DNA of 59,670 nucleotides from an uncultured Bacilli bacterium (GCA_947627805.1 CANQXB010000002.1:1-59670); one strand, 5' to 3'; shown: positions 1 to 8,976, numbered from the stretch's first letter. Numbers and translations: made by a program. Notes: generated by a model from the sequence alone, not told the origin.

Positions 1-1
1 T

Positions 2-871
2 TCTGCTAAAACTACAATTTCTGGTGGTAAATTAGAAGCATCTGTTGAAGGAGCTATTAAATCACAAGGAGATGCTCAAAGCGATTACAATATAACTGGT
101 GGTGAATTTGATAAAAAAGTAGATAAAAAATTACTTCCAGAAACGGCACTTGAAGTTAAATCTGGAAATAGTTATTATGTAGGTGCTTCTGCTGAAAAAG
201 TTGTAGAAGATGCTACAAGTGGAACAACAATTGATGTATTACAAGGAACTTTAACAGCTGAAGATGTTAAAGAAGGAGTAACTGTTAAAAATAGTGGTAA
301 TGGTAAAGTAACTGTTAATGGAACAGAACTTCAAAATAATCAAGAAATAACAATTCCTACTTCTTCAAGTAGTAGTTCAAGTGGTTCAAGTAGTAGTAAG
401 AAAGATTATACTATTGTCGAAAATGTTGTATATGCTGATAATGGTGAAAACATTGAAATAGATGGTAAGATTGTCGAAAATACCGATGAAACATATAAAG
501 CAATGCTTAAAATGGCTGAAGATAAAGGTTATAAAACATTATATAATATGTATGATTTCTGGGTAAAAGATAATAAAAGTTTAAATAAACCAGTAACAAT
601 TACCTTTAACTTAGGAGAAAGTTATAATGGTAAGATGGCTTATATAATTCATAAACTACATGATGAAACATATCAAGAATTAGAAGCTGAAGTAGTAGAT
701 GGTAAAGTAAGTATAACTGTTAAAGAATTATCACCATTTACCTTATCATTAAAAGATAATGCTGTTGTAGATAACCCCCAAACATCATCAATGAATATAA
801 TTGCTAGTGGAATACTTACAACAATGTCATTAGTAGGAATCATTGTCTTAGTTAAAAAAAGAAATGCTTAA
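2..871 (+). CDS. Cell-wall-sorted surface protein, C-terminal part (5' end cut by window edge)
   Basis: Frame 2 is open from nt 2 to TAA 869-871 (the track only shows it from the internal Met at 503). There is a Ser-rich linker. The C-terminus VVDNPQTSSMNIIASGILTTMSLVGIIVLVKKRNA is a sortase-B-type motif followed by a hydrophobic helix and a basic tail. It is paralogous to 1035..2603. Confidence 0.8.
   Translation, partial: SAKTTISGGKLEASVEGAIKSQGDAQSDYNITGGEFDKKVDKKLLPETALEVKSGNSYYVGASAEKVVEDATSGTTIDVLQGTLTAEDVKEGVTVKNSGNGKVTVNGTELQNNQEITIPTSSSSSSSGSSSSKKDYTIVENVVYADNGENIEIDGKIVENTDETYKAMLKMAEDKGYKTLYNMYDFWVKDNKSLNKPVTITFNLGESYNGKMAYIIHKLHDETYQELEAEVVDGKVSITVKELSPFTLSLKDNAVVDNPQTSSMNIIASGILTTMSLVGIIVLVKKRNA
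401..871 (+). repeat. Dispersed DNA repeat: 3' part of surface-protein gene, paralogous to 2130..2603
   Basis: Read by eye, 401..871 and 2130..2603 align over their full length with high nucleotide identity. An example is aaagattata(c/a)tattgt(c/g)gaaaatgttgtatatgctga(t/c)aatggtgaa. Confidence 0.8.
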
Positions 872-896
872 TAAACATAAAATAAGATAATGAATT

Positions 897-930
897 AAAG
901 ACCTAAGCAAAAAAATGTTGGGTCTTTTTG
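897..930 (+). terminator. Rho-independent terminator candidate
   Basis: AAAGACCTAA ... TTGGGTCTTT stem (one G-U pair) followed by a T-run, directly after the stop at 871. Confidence 0.6.
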
Positions 931-1034
931 ATTGTAAAAATTTCGACAAATTTCAAAAAATGAAATGTTAATTTATTGCAATAAATTGTAAAGTTTATTA
1001 TGATTATAATAAGTAAAGAAGGAGTGAAACAAAC

Positions 1035-2603
1035 GTGAAGAAAAAACTAATATTTACAATGATGGCATTAACAATGTTTATGGGTAGTGCCAAAGCAATT
1101 ACAGTTGAAGGTTTAAAAAACTATGAAGGTAGAGAAGAAGCAAGTCATATTAAAGTAGAATGTACAGGAGAAGATACTAAAAATTGTGCCTTAACTTTAA
1201 TAGATGATGCTGTTCAAGATATTGTCATTTCTAAGGATGAAAAAGTTACTATTGATTTAGCTGGTCATAAGTTAACTAATTATTGTGAAGGTTGTTCAGT
1301 TATCGCATTTGGCGAAAATGTTACAGGAGCCAGCCTAACTATTAAAGATAGTAAAGGAACGGGAGTTATTACCGCTAAAGAAGGTACTAATGAAAATATT
1401 CCTTTAGTAAACGTTGCTAAAGGTAACACTTTACTAGTGGAAGGTGGTATATTTGAAGTAACTAAAAAAGGTAGTACAGGAATTTATAATGCTGGTACTT
1501 TAACAATCAATAATATAACTGTTAAAACCAAAGTTGATGGAGCTTGGGGAGTTACGAATATAAATAATGCCACAATTAAAAATGGTAATTTTGTTCAAGG
1601 AGCTGATTTTTCAGTAATTATGAACTCTGGTAAAATGGACATTGCTGATGGTTCATTTACGGTTGAGGGTACTGGTAATCATTACTCCTTATTAACAAAT
1701 ACAAAAAATGATGCTGGCACTTTAGCTAAAGCTGACTTAACTATTACAGGTGGTGAATTTGTAAGTGCGGAAGGGGCTAAAATATTAAGTATTGGTAAAG
1801 AAGATGCTAGTACCGTTGTTGCTAGTGTAAAAGGTGGCTTATTTACGGAAAAAGTAGATTCTGCTAAAGATGCTATTAGTAATTATGTAACTGCTAGTAA
1901 TTTAGTCAAATTAAATGATACTTTCTATGTTGGTGAAGATACTAAAGAAGTTGTTAAAGATGCCAAAGCTGGCGATACAATAGATGTATTAAAAGGTAGT
2001 TATATTGAAGAAGAAATGCCTGAGGGTGTTATTGTTAAAAATAGTGGTGATGGTGAAGTAACTGTTAATGGTGTTACTGTTTTAAAAGATAAAGCTTGGG
2101 TTACTGAAGAATTAAAGGAAGAAAATCAAAAAGATTATAATATTGTGGAAAATGTTGTATATGCTGACAATGGTGAAGATATAGATATTGATGGTAAAAT
2201 AGTTAAAGAAGAAGATGAAACATATAAAGCAATGCTTAAGATGGCTGAAGATAAAGGTTATAAAATTCTTTACAATATGTATGATTTCTGGGTAAAAGAT
2301 GAAAAAACTTTAACTAAACCATTAACAATTACTTTTAACTTAGGAGAAAGTTATAATGGTAAAGAAGCATATATTATTCATAGATTACATGATGGAACAT
2401 ATCAAGAAGAAGAAACAGAAGTAAAAGATGGAAAGATAAGTATCACGGTTCAAGAATTATCTCCATTTACAGTTAGTTTAAGAGAAAAAGAAGTAGTTGA
2501 TAATGTTCAAACATCTTCTATGAATATAATTAGAACAGGTATCTTAACAGGTATTTCGCTAATTGGTATAATAGTTTTAGTTAGAAAGAGAAAAGATGCT
2601 TAA
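1035..2603 (+). CDS. Cell-wall-sorted surface protein (beta-helix-like repeats, NVQTS sorting signal)
   Basis: GTG start sits 10 nt after AAGGAG. The signal peptide is MKKKLIFTMMALTMFMGSAKA. Gly/Thr/Asn-rich repeats are present. The C-terminus VVDNVQTSSMNIIRTGILTGISLIGIIVLVRKRKDA is a sorting motif followed by a TM helix and a basic tail. Confidence 0.85.
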   Translation: MKKKLIFTMMALTMFMGSAKAITVEGLKNYEGREEASHIKVECTGEDTKNCALTLIDDAVQDIVISKDEKVTIDLAGHKLTNYCEGCSVIAFGENVTGASLTIKDSKGTGVITAKEGTNENIPLVNVAKGNTLLVEGGIFEVTKKGSTGIYNAGTLTINNITVKTKVDGAWGVTNINNATIKNGNFVQGADFSVIMNSGKMDIADGSFTVEGTGNHYSLLTNTKNDAGTLAKADLTITGGEFVSAEGAKILSIGKEDASTVVASVKGGLFTEKVDSAKDAISNYVTASNLVKLNDTFYVGEDTKEVVKDAKAGDTIDVLKGSYIEEEMPEGVIVKNSGDGEVTVNGVTVLKDKAWVTEELKEENQKDYNIVENVVYADNGEDIDIDGKIVKEEDETYKAMLKMAEDKGYKILYNMYDFWVKDEKTLTKPLTITFNLGESYNGKEAYIIHRLHDGTYQEEETEVKDGKISITVQELSPFTVSLREKEVVDNVQTSSMNIIRTGILTGISLIGIIVLVRKRKDA

Positions 2604-2626
2604 TAGCATCTTTCTTTATTTAGAAA

Positions 2627-3397
2627 ATGAAAAAGAAAAATAATAAAAATAAAACATTATATATAATTATTTTAGTTAGTTTAATAGTTATCTTTTTAGC
2701 TGATTTTCCCAAAGTATATACTTATGTAAAAGATATGAATGCTAATAATAAGTTAAAAGTCTTTTTATTAAATGATGTTATTGATGTTAAATTAGATGTT
2801 AATAATAAAGAACAAATGCTAGTGGATTTTGAAAAACTAATTAATATGAATAAAGATACGGTAGGATGGATTAAATTTAATGATGGTAAAATAAATTACC
2901 CTATTGTTCAGTCAACAGATAATGATTATTATTTAGATAAATCCTTTGATGGTAAGAAAAATCAAAATGGTAGTATCTTTATGGATTATCGTAATAAGGC
3001 CTTTAATGATAGAAATACCGTTTTATTTGGGCATTCCATGCTTGATGGTAGTATGTTTGGCTCTTTAAGAGATGTCTTTAAAGATAACTTCTTCAAGAAA
3101 GAGGAAAATAATTATATTAAAATATATACCAAAGAAGAAGGCGAAATAACCTATCAAATCTTTAGCTATTATATAACAGATGCAGAAGATTATTATATTA
3201 CAACTTCTTTTGAAGATCGAGATTTTGAAATATTTATCAATAATATTAAAAGAAGAAGTGAAAAAGATTTTAATGTTGATGTTGGCTTAGATGATAAAAT
3301 ATTAACTTTATCTACTTGTTATGGAACTGGAGGTACTTCGAAAAGAAAAGTGGTGCATGCTAAAAGAATAACTCCAAGTAACGAAATAAATTATTAA
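2627..3397 (+). CDS. srtB: Class B sortase
   Basis: It has an N-terminal TM anchor. Its motifs are NTVLFGHSM (catalytic His), LTLSTC (TLxTC Cys) and KRKVVHAKR (Arg). It is about 250 aa, which is typical of SrtB. It lies adjacent to NPxTx-type substrates. Confidence 0.85.
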   Translation: MKKKNNKNKTLYIIILVSLIVIFLADFPKVYTYVKDMNANNKLKVFLLNDVIDVKLDVNNKEQMLVDFEKLINMNKDTVGWIKFNDGKINYPIVQSTDNDYYLDKSFDGKKNQNGSIFMDYRNKAFNDRNTVLFGHSMLDGSMFGSLRDVFKDNFFKKEENNYIKIYTKEEGEITYQIFSYYITDAEDYYITTSFEDRDFEIFINNIKRRSEKDFNVDVGLDDKILTLSTCYGTGGTSKRKVVHAKRITPSNEINY

Positions 3398-3401
3398 AAA
3401 G

Positions 3402-3430
3402 GTGAGAGAAATCTCATTTTTTTAATTTTT
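3402..3430 (+). terminator. Rho-independent terminator candidate
   Basis: GTGAGA-GAAA-TCTCAT hairpin followed by TTTTTTTAATTTTTT, just after the sortase stop codon. Confidence 0.6.
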
Positions 3431-3587
3431 TTAAAAAAATTTTCCTGAAAAAAAAGGAAATTGAGGGGTGAGTGCACTATATATATAAGTGAAAGGAGGA
3501 AAAAATGCCTTAAAAAAATTTAATTAAAAAAGAATAAAAAGTAGGATTAGTGTAAGTACTAAATTATAAAACGAAAGGAGGAATTAG

Positions 3588-4463
3588 ATGATTGAAGAAA
3601 GAAATAAGTTTTATAATTTAAAGTACGATAGAGTATTTAAGACTATTGTCCAAAATAATCCTCGAGTATTGGAAGTAATCTTAAGTGACATATTAGATTG
3701 TGAAGTAGAGATAGTAACTTTTGTACCAACAGAGTTACCTATAAAGAATAAAAGGAGTAAGGTAAATACATTAGATATTTTATTAAAGACAAAAGATAAC
3801 AAAATTCTTAATGTGGAGTTAAATACTAATTTTGATAAGTCAACTAAAGAGAGGAACTTAGTTTATTATACTTCCTTATATTCGCAAAAGAAATTAAGAG
3901 GAAGTAATTTAGAAGAGATAGATGAAGAATTAGAAGTAATACATATCGATATAAATTTTAATGAGAGTAAAAAAGAAGAAGCAAAAAGAATATATTATGT
4001 TCAAGATAAAAGTGGAAAAAAATATAGTGAAAATTTTAAAATAATCACAGTAAATATTGCGAAATATAAAGAGGAATGGTATGATAAAAATATCAAAGGG
4101 AATAATAAACATATATATTTAGTGATGTTAGATGCAAATGAAGAAGAGTTAGGGAAATTAGGAAAGATAGATAAAATAATAGAAGGGATAAATAAAGAAG
4201 TGGAAAAATTAAATGATGACTTTGTGTTCAAAAGAGAGATAAGCAGGGAAGAGGAAAATGAGATAAGAACCAAGATGCGCATAAAAGAAGCCATGCAAAA
4301 AGGAATTACTCAAGGAATCTCTCAAGGTATTTCTCAAGGAATCACTCAAGGAAAAATAGAAGCTGCCAAAAATTTTCTCACTTTAGGTATAGATGAAGAG
4401 ACAATAATGAAGGCTACTGGATTATCTAATGAAGATATGGAAAAGATAAAGGAAGAAAATTAA
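3588..4463 (+). CDS. Rpn/YhgA-like PD-(D/E)XK nuclease family protein (putative recombination-promoting nuclease/'transposase')
   Basis: The N-terminus YDRVFKTIV...LDILL...NVELN matches my recollection of the Rpn/PD-(D/E)XK 'transposase' family. The C-terminal QGITQGISQGISQGITQG repeat is typical of that family's tail. AGGAGG lies 7 nt upstream of the ATG. Confidence 0.65.
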   Translation: MIEERNKFYNLKYDRVFKTIVQNNPRVLEVILSDILDCEVEIVTFVPTELPIKNKRSKVNTLDILLKTKDNKILNVELNTNFDKSTKERNLVYYTSLYSQKKLRGSNLEEIDEELEVIHIDINFNESKKEEAKRIYYVQDKSGKKYSENFKIITVNIAKYKEEWYDKNIKGNNKHIYLVMLDANEEELGKLGKIDKIIEGINKEVEKLNDDFVFKREISREEENEIRTKMRIKEAMQKGITQGISQGISQGITQGKIEAAKNFLTLGIDEETIMKATGLSNEDMEKIKEEN

Positions 4464-4485
4464 AATAATAGGTAATTAACTTTTT

Positions 4486-4516
4486 GAAAAGTATCAAGCG
4501 ATACTTTTTTCTTTTG
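4486..4516 (+). terminator. Rho-independent terminator
   Basis: GAAAAGTATC-AAGC-GATACTTTTT hairpin followed by TCTTTT. Confidence 0.65.
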
Positions 4517-4772
4517 GAATTATTTAAAGAAACTTTAATATAATATATATGAAATTATACTTTTTTTGTAAAAAAATATATTTTGTCAGAAATTAGTAAA
4601 AATATATCTTGACAAAGGCAATACGGGGGGGAGAAAAACTCTTATACCCAAAATATGATATATATTGAAAATGTCTTATAATATGGGGCTTCGGAGGGTG
4701 TGCAAAGAAAAATTAAAATAAGAATTATTGCTTTTTAAGATAGTTAAAATATTATAAAATGTATATTTATTT

Positions 4773-4806
4773 AAAGAACTTCAAAAAATGGAGTTCTTTT
4801 TTGTTG
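4773..4806 (+). terminator. Terminator-like hairpin upstream of the methyltransferase gene
   Basis: AAAGAACT-(11 nt)-AGTTCTTT followed by TTTTGTTG. It closes a 318-bp non-coding gap. Confidence 0.45.
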
Positions 4807-4834
4807 TCATTAAAAAATAAAGGGGGTTGATAAA

Positions 4835-5704
4835 ATGACAAAACAAATAGTTAAAGTTGGTTCCTTTTTTAGTGGAATAGGTGCTCCAGAAAAAGCGCTA
4901 AGTTTATTAAAGAAAGAAAAAGTAATAAAAGATTATGAAGTAATGTTTTTTTCCGAAATAGACGAGAAAGCTGTGAATAGTTATTGTTTATTACATAATA
5001 TTGATAAAAAACTAAATTTAGGAGATATTACAAAAATAAAAGGAATTGATTTACCATATTGTGATTTATGGATAGGTGGATTCCCATGTCAAGATATTTC
5101 TACTGCAGGTGTTATGAGAGGTTTTGAAGCAGAAAGTAATACTCGATCAAGTTTAGGTTGGGAAATGATTAGATTGTTAAAAGAAGTTAAACAAAAACCA
5201 AATTATGTTGTTTTTGAAAACGTTACAAATATAGCTAGTAAAAAATTCAAACCAACATTAGATTTATTTAAAAAAGACTTAATTAATTTAGGATACACTT
5301 TATATGATAGTATTTTAGATGCTACTGACTTTGGAATACCTCAAATGAGAAAGAGGTATTTTTTAGTTGCAATTTTAGATTCAAATAAAACATTTAATTT
5401 TCCTCTACCAATTAAAAACAATGTTATTTTTAAAGATTATTCAGAAGATAATGTGGATGAGAAATATTATTTATCAAGTAATGAATATGATGAATTTGAA
5501 AATAAGAGGATATTCTATAAGAAAACAAATAAAAATACAAAGTATATAATTGATATGGATAAATATAAAACTGGTGGATTATGTGGAAATGTTCCAAATT
5601 GCAAATTTTATCAATCAGCAAGAATTTATTCAGAAAATGGAGTTGTGCCAACAATAACAGCTAGTAATACAGCAGATAATTGGAAACTTGTAGTAAGGGG
5701 GTAA
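4835..5704 (+). CDS. DNA (cytosine-5) methyltransferase, N-terminal part (motifs I-VIII and target-recognition region)
   Basis: The motifs present are FFSGIGAPE (I, FxGxG), GFPCQDIS (IV, PCQ), FENV (VI) and QMRKRYFLVA (VIII, QxRxR). The ORF ends at TAA before motifs IX and X. Confidence 0.85.
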   Translation: MTKQIVKVGSFFSGIGAPEKALSLLKKEKVIKDYEVMFFSEIDEKAVNSYCLLHNIDKKLNLGDITKIKGIDLPYCDLWIGGFPCQDISTAGVMRGFEAESNTRSSLGWEMIRLLKEVKQKPNYVVFENVTNIASKKFKPTLDLFKKDLINLGYTLYDSILDATDFGIPQMRKRYFLVAILDSNKTFNFPLPIKNNVIFKDYSEDNVDEKYYLSSNEYDEFENKRIFYKKTNKNTKYIIDMDKYKTGGLCGNVPNCKFYQSARIYSENGVVPTITASNTADNWKLVVRG

Positions 5705-5711
5705 ATAATTT

Positions 5712-5882
5712 ATGAGAGTAAGAAAAATCACACCAAGAGAAGCTTGGAAAATAATGGGATTCACAGATGAAGATTATAATAAAGTTTCTAAAATTAATTG
5801 TGAAACAGCTTTATATCATCAAGCAGGGAATTCTATTGTTGTTAATGTAATTTATAATGTTTTAAAAGAATTGTTAAAATAA
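5712..5882 (+). CDS. DNA (cytosine-5) methyltransferase, C-terminal part (motifs IX-X), separate 56-aa ORF
   Basis: My own translation is MRVRKITPREAWKIMGFTDEDY...QAGNSIVVNV. It contains motif IX (R.ITPRE...MGF) and motif X (GNS). It is in a different frame from 4835..5704. AGGGGG lies 9 nt upstream of the ATG. It is below the 60-aa cutoff of the ORF track. Confidence 0.75.
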   Translation: MRVRKITPREAWKIMGFTDEDYNKVSKINCETALYHQAGNSIVVNVIYNVLKELLK

Positions 5883-5953
5883 TAAAAAATAATTTAAAAC
5901 TTTTATTAAATATATTATAATTAACTTATATAGTAAAAGATTGGAGATTTATT

Positions 5954-6181
5954 ATGAAAATAGTGATTAAAGATAAAAATAATAAAGAAGTAAATTTATA
6001 TGGTCCTTTAGAAAGCATTAGACTATTAGAGTGCAAAGTTTTTGTGGATGATTCACTAATGTATGAGGGTAATATAGATGATTTGCCAAAAGATATGAAG
6101 AATTATAAATATCACAAATCATGTCAAGATGGAAAAGTAACAGAATTTTTTATAAGTAGCGAATACAATAATTTAAATTAA
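5954..6181 (+). CDS. Hypothetical small protein
   Basis: 75-aa ORF with GGAG 7-8 nt upstream of the ATG. No motif recognised. Confidence 0.5.
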   Translation: MKIVIKDKNNKEVNLYGPLESIRLLECKVFVDDSLMYEGNIDDLPKDMKNYKYHKSCQDGKVTEFFISSEYNNLN

Positions 6182-6184
6182 AAT

Positions 6185-6215
6185 AAAAAACTTCTCGCTT
6201 TTGAGAAGTTTAAAT
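6185..6215. terminator. Bidirectional terminator between convergent genes
   Basis: AACTTCTC-GCTTTT-GAGAAGTT hairpin flanked by an A-run and a T-run. It sits between the stops at 6181 (+) and 6230 (-). Confidence 0.65.
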
Positions 6216-6229
6216 TATTATTTTAATCT

Positions 6230-7582
6230 TTATTTATTTGTAATCATTCTTTTTATTGATAAATATATACCAACCGCACTTATCATAACTGTACTTATCA
6301 TAAAGTATATACTATCATTAGTTTTAGGATTATTAATATTAGAAGAATTTATTTTTCTATCTACATATCCAACAGCATAAACAGAAAACTTATCACTACT
6401 AAATGTTATTGTTTTACCATCTTCACTTACTTTAGAATCTAATCTTTCAATATTACCATCATGTTCTCTTAATACATAATATTCTCTATAATAACCATTT
6501 TCTACGGCTGGAGCAGGAGGAATAGTTAAGGCTAATTCAATTTTATCTTTTAAATTAGTAATTGGATAATCTTGATTGTTTGATTGTAGATTAATTTTAA
6601 TATCGACATAATCTAAAATCATACCACCTTGAATTACAGCTTTAAAAGAATTTTGGGAACGTTCACTTACGGGAGCTTTTTCTCCTTTAATTACTACATT
6701 AGCCCCATTTGCTAATTTATCTTTTAAATTTTCATCACTAGCGATTGTATCTTTAATTACATCTTCGTATTTACTACTAGGAATTGATAAACTTTGACTA
6801 ACAATTTCTTGTTTAAACTCAACAACTTCTTTAGAAGTATTGTTACTACTAGAACTATTAGATGAGCTTGTACTAGTACTTGGCGTTGGTAATGGTGTAT
6901 TGTGTACCTCTTTACTAGTAAAGATATAACCACCAAATAAGCTTGTATCAGCTACTTCCAAACTATTATTAGAAACGGTTAGGGAAGTAGTTTTTACTGT
7001 ATAATAATCTTTCCCAAGAACTCCGTATGTCCCATTTTCTAGAATTCCTGTAGCATCAATTTTATATGTTGCATTTAAAATATTTTCATTAGCGGCTTTT
7101 AAAGAAGCAAGACCATTATATCCTTGTTCCTCTAATTTAGCGCTATCTTGACTAGATAATTCTTCTAACCATACTGTAACATTATAACTCTTACCATCAT
7201 TAATAATATCTTTTGGTGTTATAGTAGCAGTATATAATTCTTTGTTATTATTATCTTTGGCTTTAATTACTAAAGTTAAACCTTCACTTTCTGCTTTTTT
7301 TAATAAACTATTAGTTACCCACACTGCATCTTTTGAATCATGTTCATAAATAAGTTCAATAATAGCCGTATTATTTTTATAACAATCTGCCGAAAATATA
7401 CGACCTTCATATAAAAAAGTATCATTTTCCGTTACTTTTATTTCATATACTCCATCTTCACCTAAAATAGTTTTACAAGCATTTTCGGGTTTAGTTACTG
7501 AACCTTCTGCGAACACATTAGGGCAATAAACCATTATTGTTGAAATTAAGATTGCTAAAGTAAATTTTACCATTTTTTTCAT
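6230..7582 (-). CDS. Cell-wall-sorted surface protein (NPKTN sorting signal)
   Basis: The signal peptide is MKKMVKFTLAILISTIMVYCPNVFA. A Ser/Thr-rich linker PTPSTSTSSSNSSSSNNTS is present. The C-terminus NNPKTNDSIYFMISTVMISAVGIYLSIKRMITNK is a SrtB-type motif followed by a TM helix and a basic tail. I prefer the start at 7582 (AGGAG 9 nt upstream) over the track start at 7591. Confidence 0.8.
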   Translation of the reverse strand: MKKMVKFTLAILISTIMVYCPNVFAEGSVTKPENACKTILGEDGVYEIKVTENDTFLYEGRIFSADCYKNNTAIIELIYEHDSKDAVWVTNSLLKKAESEGLTLVIKAKDNNNKELYTATITPKDIINDGKSYNVTVWLEELSSQDSAKLEEQGYNGLASLKAANENILNATYKIDATGILENGTYGVLGKDYYTVKTTSLTVSNNSLEVADTSLFGGYIFTSKEVHNTPLPTPSTSTSSSNSSSSNNTSKEVVEFKQEIVSQSLSIPSSKYEDVIKDTIASDENLKDKLANGANVVIKGEKAPVSERSQNSFKAVIQGGMILDYVDIKINLQSNNQDYPITNLKDKIELALTIPPAPAVENGYYREYYVLREHDGNIERLDSKVSEDGKTITFSSDKFSVYAVGYVDRKINSSNINNPKTNDSIYFMISTVMISAVGIYLSIKRMITNK

Positions 7583-7835
7583 TTCATTCATCTCCTATTA
7601 ATATATTACTACTTCTAAATTATGAGTGTCAAACAATTTTATTATAAGATGTTTAAAAATTTTGAAGCTTATAGTAAGTTTGTAGATGATTTGCTGATTC
7701 TATAATTATTACTAACGAAAGAATGATTGATAAATTAGAGAAGTTATTAAAGAAATTTAAAAAAGATTAAAATCAACATAAATTATTAATCACAAATTTC
7801 TATTTATTAGAGTAGATTCTGAATTTTTTGGAAAA

Positions 7836-8297
7836 TTATATTTTTAATTCATCTATTTTTGGGCTGCTTTTTCTACCAACAAGCCAATCCATTGAAACAT
7901 TATAAGTTTTACAAATTGTATATAACGTTAAAGTTGTTATTAAACTTAATCCAATTTCATAATGGCTATATGCAGAACGTGATATGGAACAAATATCTGC
8001 AATTTTTTGTTGAGATAATTTAAGTTTGTTTCTTAAATATTTTAAATTTTTTCCAATTAGATTATTATCAATTTTTATTTTATGATTATATTCTTTGTTC
8101 TTTCTAGTAAATCCAACAACATAGTCTAGTGAATAGTTATATAAATTACAAAATCTAACTAATTTTTTCAATGGTATTGTATCATAAGCATTTTCCCAAC
8201 CTCTAACAGTTGAATCACTTACCCCAAATATATTTCCTAATTCTTTTTGAGTCATTTCTAATTCTTCCCGACAGGCTTTTAGATTATTTTCTATCAT
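7836..8297 (-). CDS. XRE-family transcriptional regulator with two tandem HTH domains
   Basis: There are two Cro/C1-type HTH units, MTQKELGNIFGVSDSTVRGWEN and LSQQKIADICSISRSAYSHYE. I prefer the ATG at 8297 with GGTGA upstream. The track start at 8309 is a TTG. Confidence 0.8.
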   Translation of the reverse strand: MIENNLKACREELEMTQKELGNIFGVSDSTVRGWENAYDTIPLKKLVRFCNLYNYSLDYVVGFTRKNKEYNHKIKIDNNLIGKNLKYLRNKLKLSQQKIADICSISRSAYSHYEIGLSLITTLTLYTICKTYNVSMDWLVGRKSSPKIDELKI

Positions 8298-8433
8298 TTT
8301 AATCACCAATATTATTTTCCCATTAAATAAAGTTTTGTTACGAAAATAGCGGGTAATATATCAAAATGTTCTATAATTTGTTATAATTAATATTAAGGTA
8401 AGTTTAGGAGTTGGTAGAAATGAGGATCAGATA

Positions 8434-8976
8434 ATGAAAAAAACTACTAATACAGTAGAAGAAATTAGCAAGGTAATTATTAAAAATGCTAGTGATGAAA
8501 TATTAAAAATACTTGAAGTATTAGATTTAGAATTTGAAGATTTATATTGTTTAATTGAAAATTTGCCTGATAATGATAAGGATAAAGTAATAAATATTAC
8601 CATAAACAAATTATTAAAAAAATTAAAATTAAACTTTGATATGGATTTGTACAATGAAATTTCTATGGAAATAGAAAGAATAATTAATTATTACGCTAGC
8701 AAAAAAAATGAATTTGATGCAGTAATAAAAGAAGGTAATCGAGTTGCAACTGATATATTGTTTAAGGTAGTAGGGTATAAAGGGCAACAATTTGATTTAC
8801 CAATAGATATATCTTGTATTAAAAGGTATTGTTTATCAGCAGAAATAAAAAAAGAACAAGTTTATGATGTTCTTATGTGGATTATAATTAGATATATTGC
8901 AATAGATAAACGTATGGCTTGGCAAGAATACCTAGAAGATTTGAAAAAGAATAGAGAAAACAATAAAGTAGTATAA
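8434..8976 (+). CDS. Hypothetical protein
   Basis: 180-aa ORF divergent from the XRE gene. No motif recognised. Confidence 0.55.
   Translation: MKKTTNTVEEISKVIIKNASDEILKILEVLDLEFEDLYCLIENLPDNDKDKVINITINKLLKKLKLNFDMDLYNEISMEIERIINYYASKKNEFDAVIKEGNRVATDILFKVVGYKGQQFDLPIDISCIKRYCLSAEIKKEQVYDVLMWIIIRYIAIDKRMAWQEYLEDLKKNRENNKVV

Noticed and set aside
4296-4352. 12-bp tandem repeat encoding QKGITQGISQGISQGITQG as a novel repeat or phase-variable tract
   Set aside because: Short (Q/E)G-I-x-type repeats near the C-terminus are, as far as I recall, a common feature of the Rpn/PD-(D/E)XK 'transposase' family tail. The units are in frame and imperfect at the DNA level.
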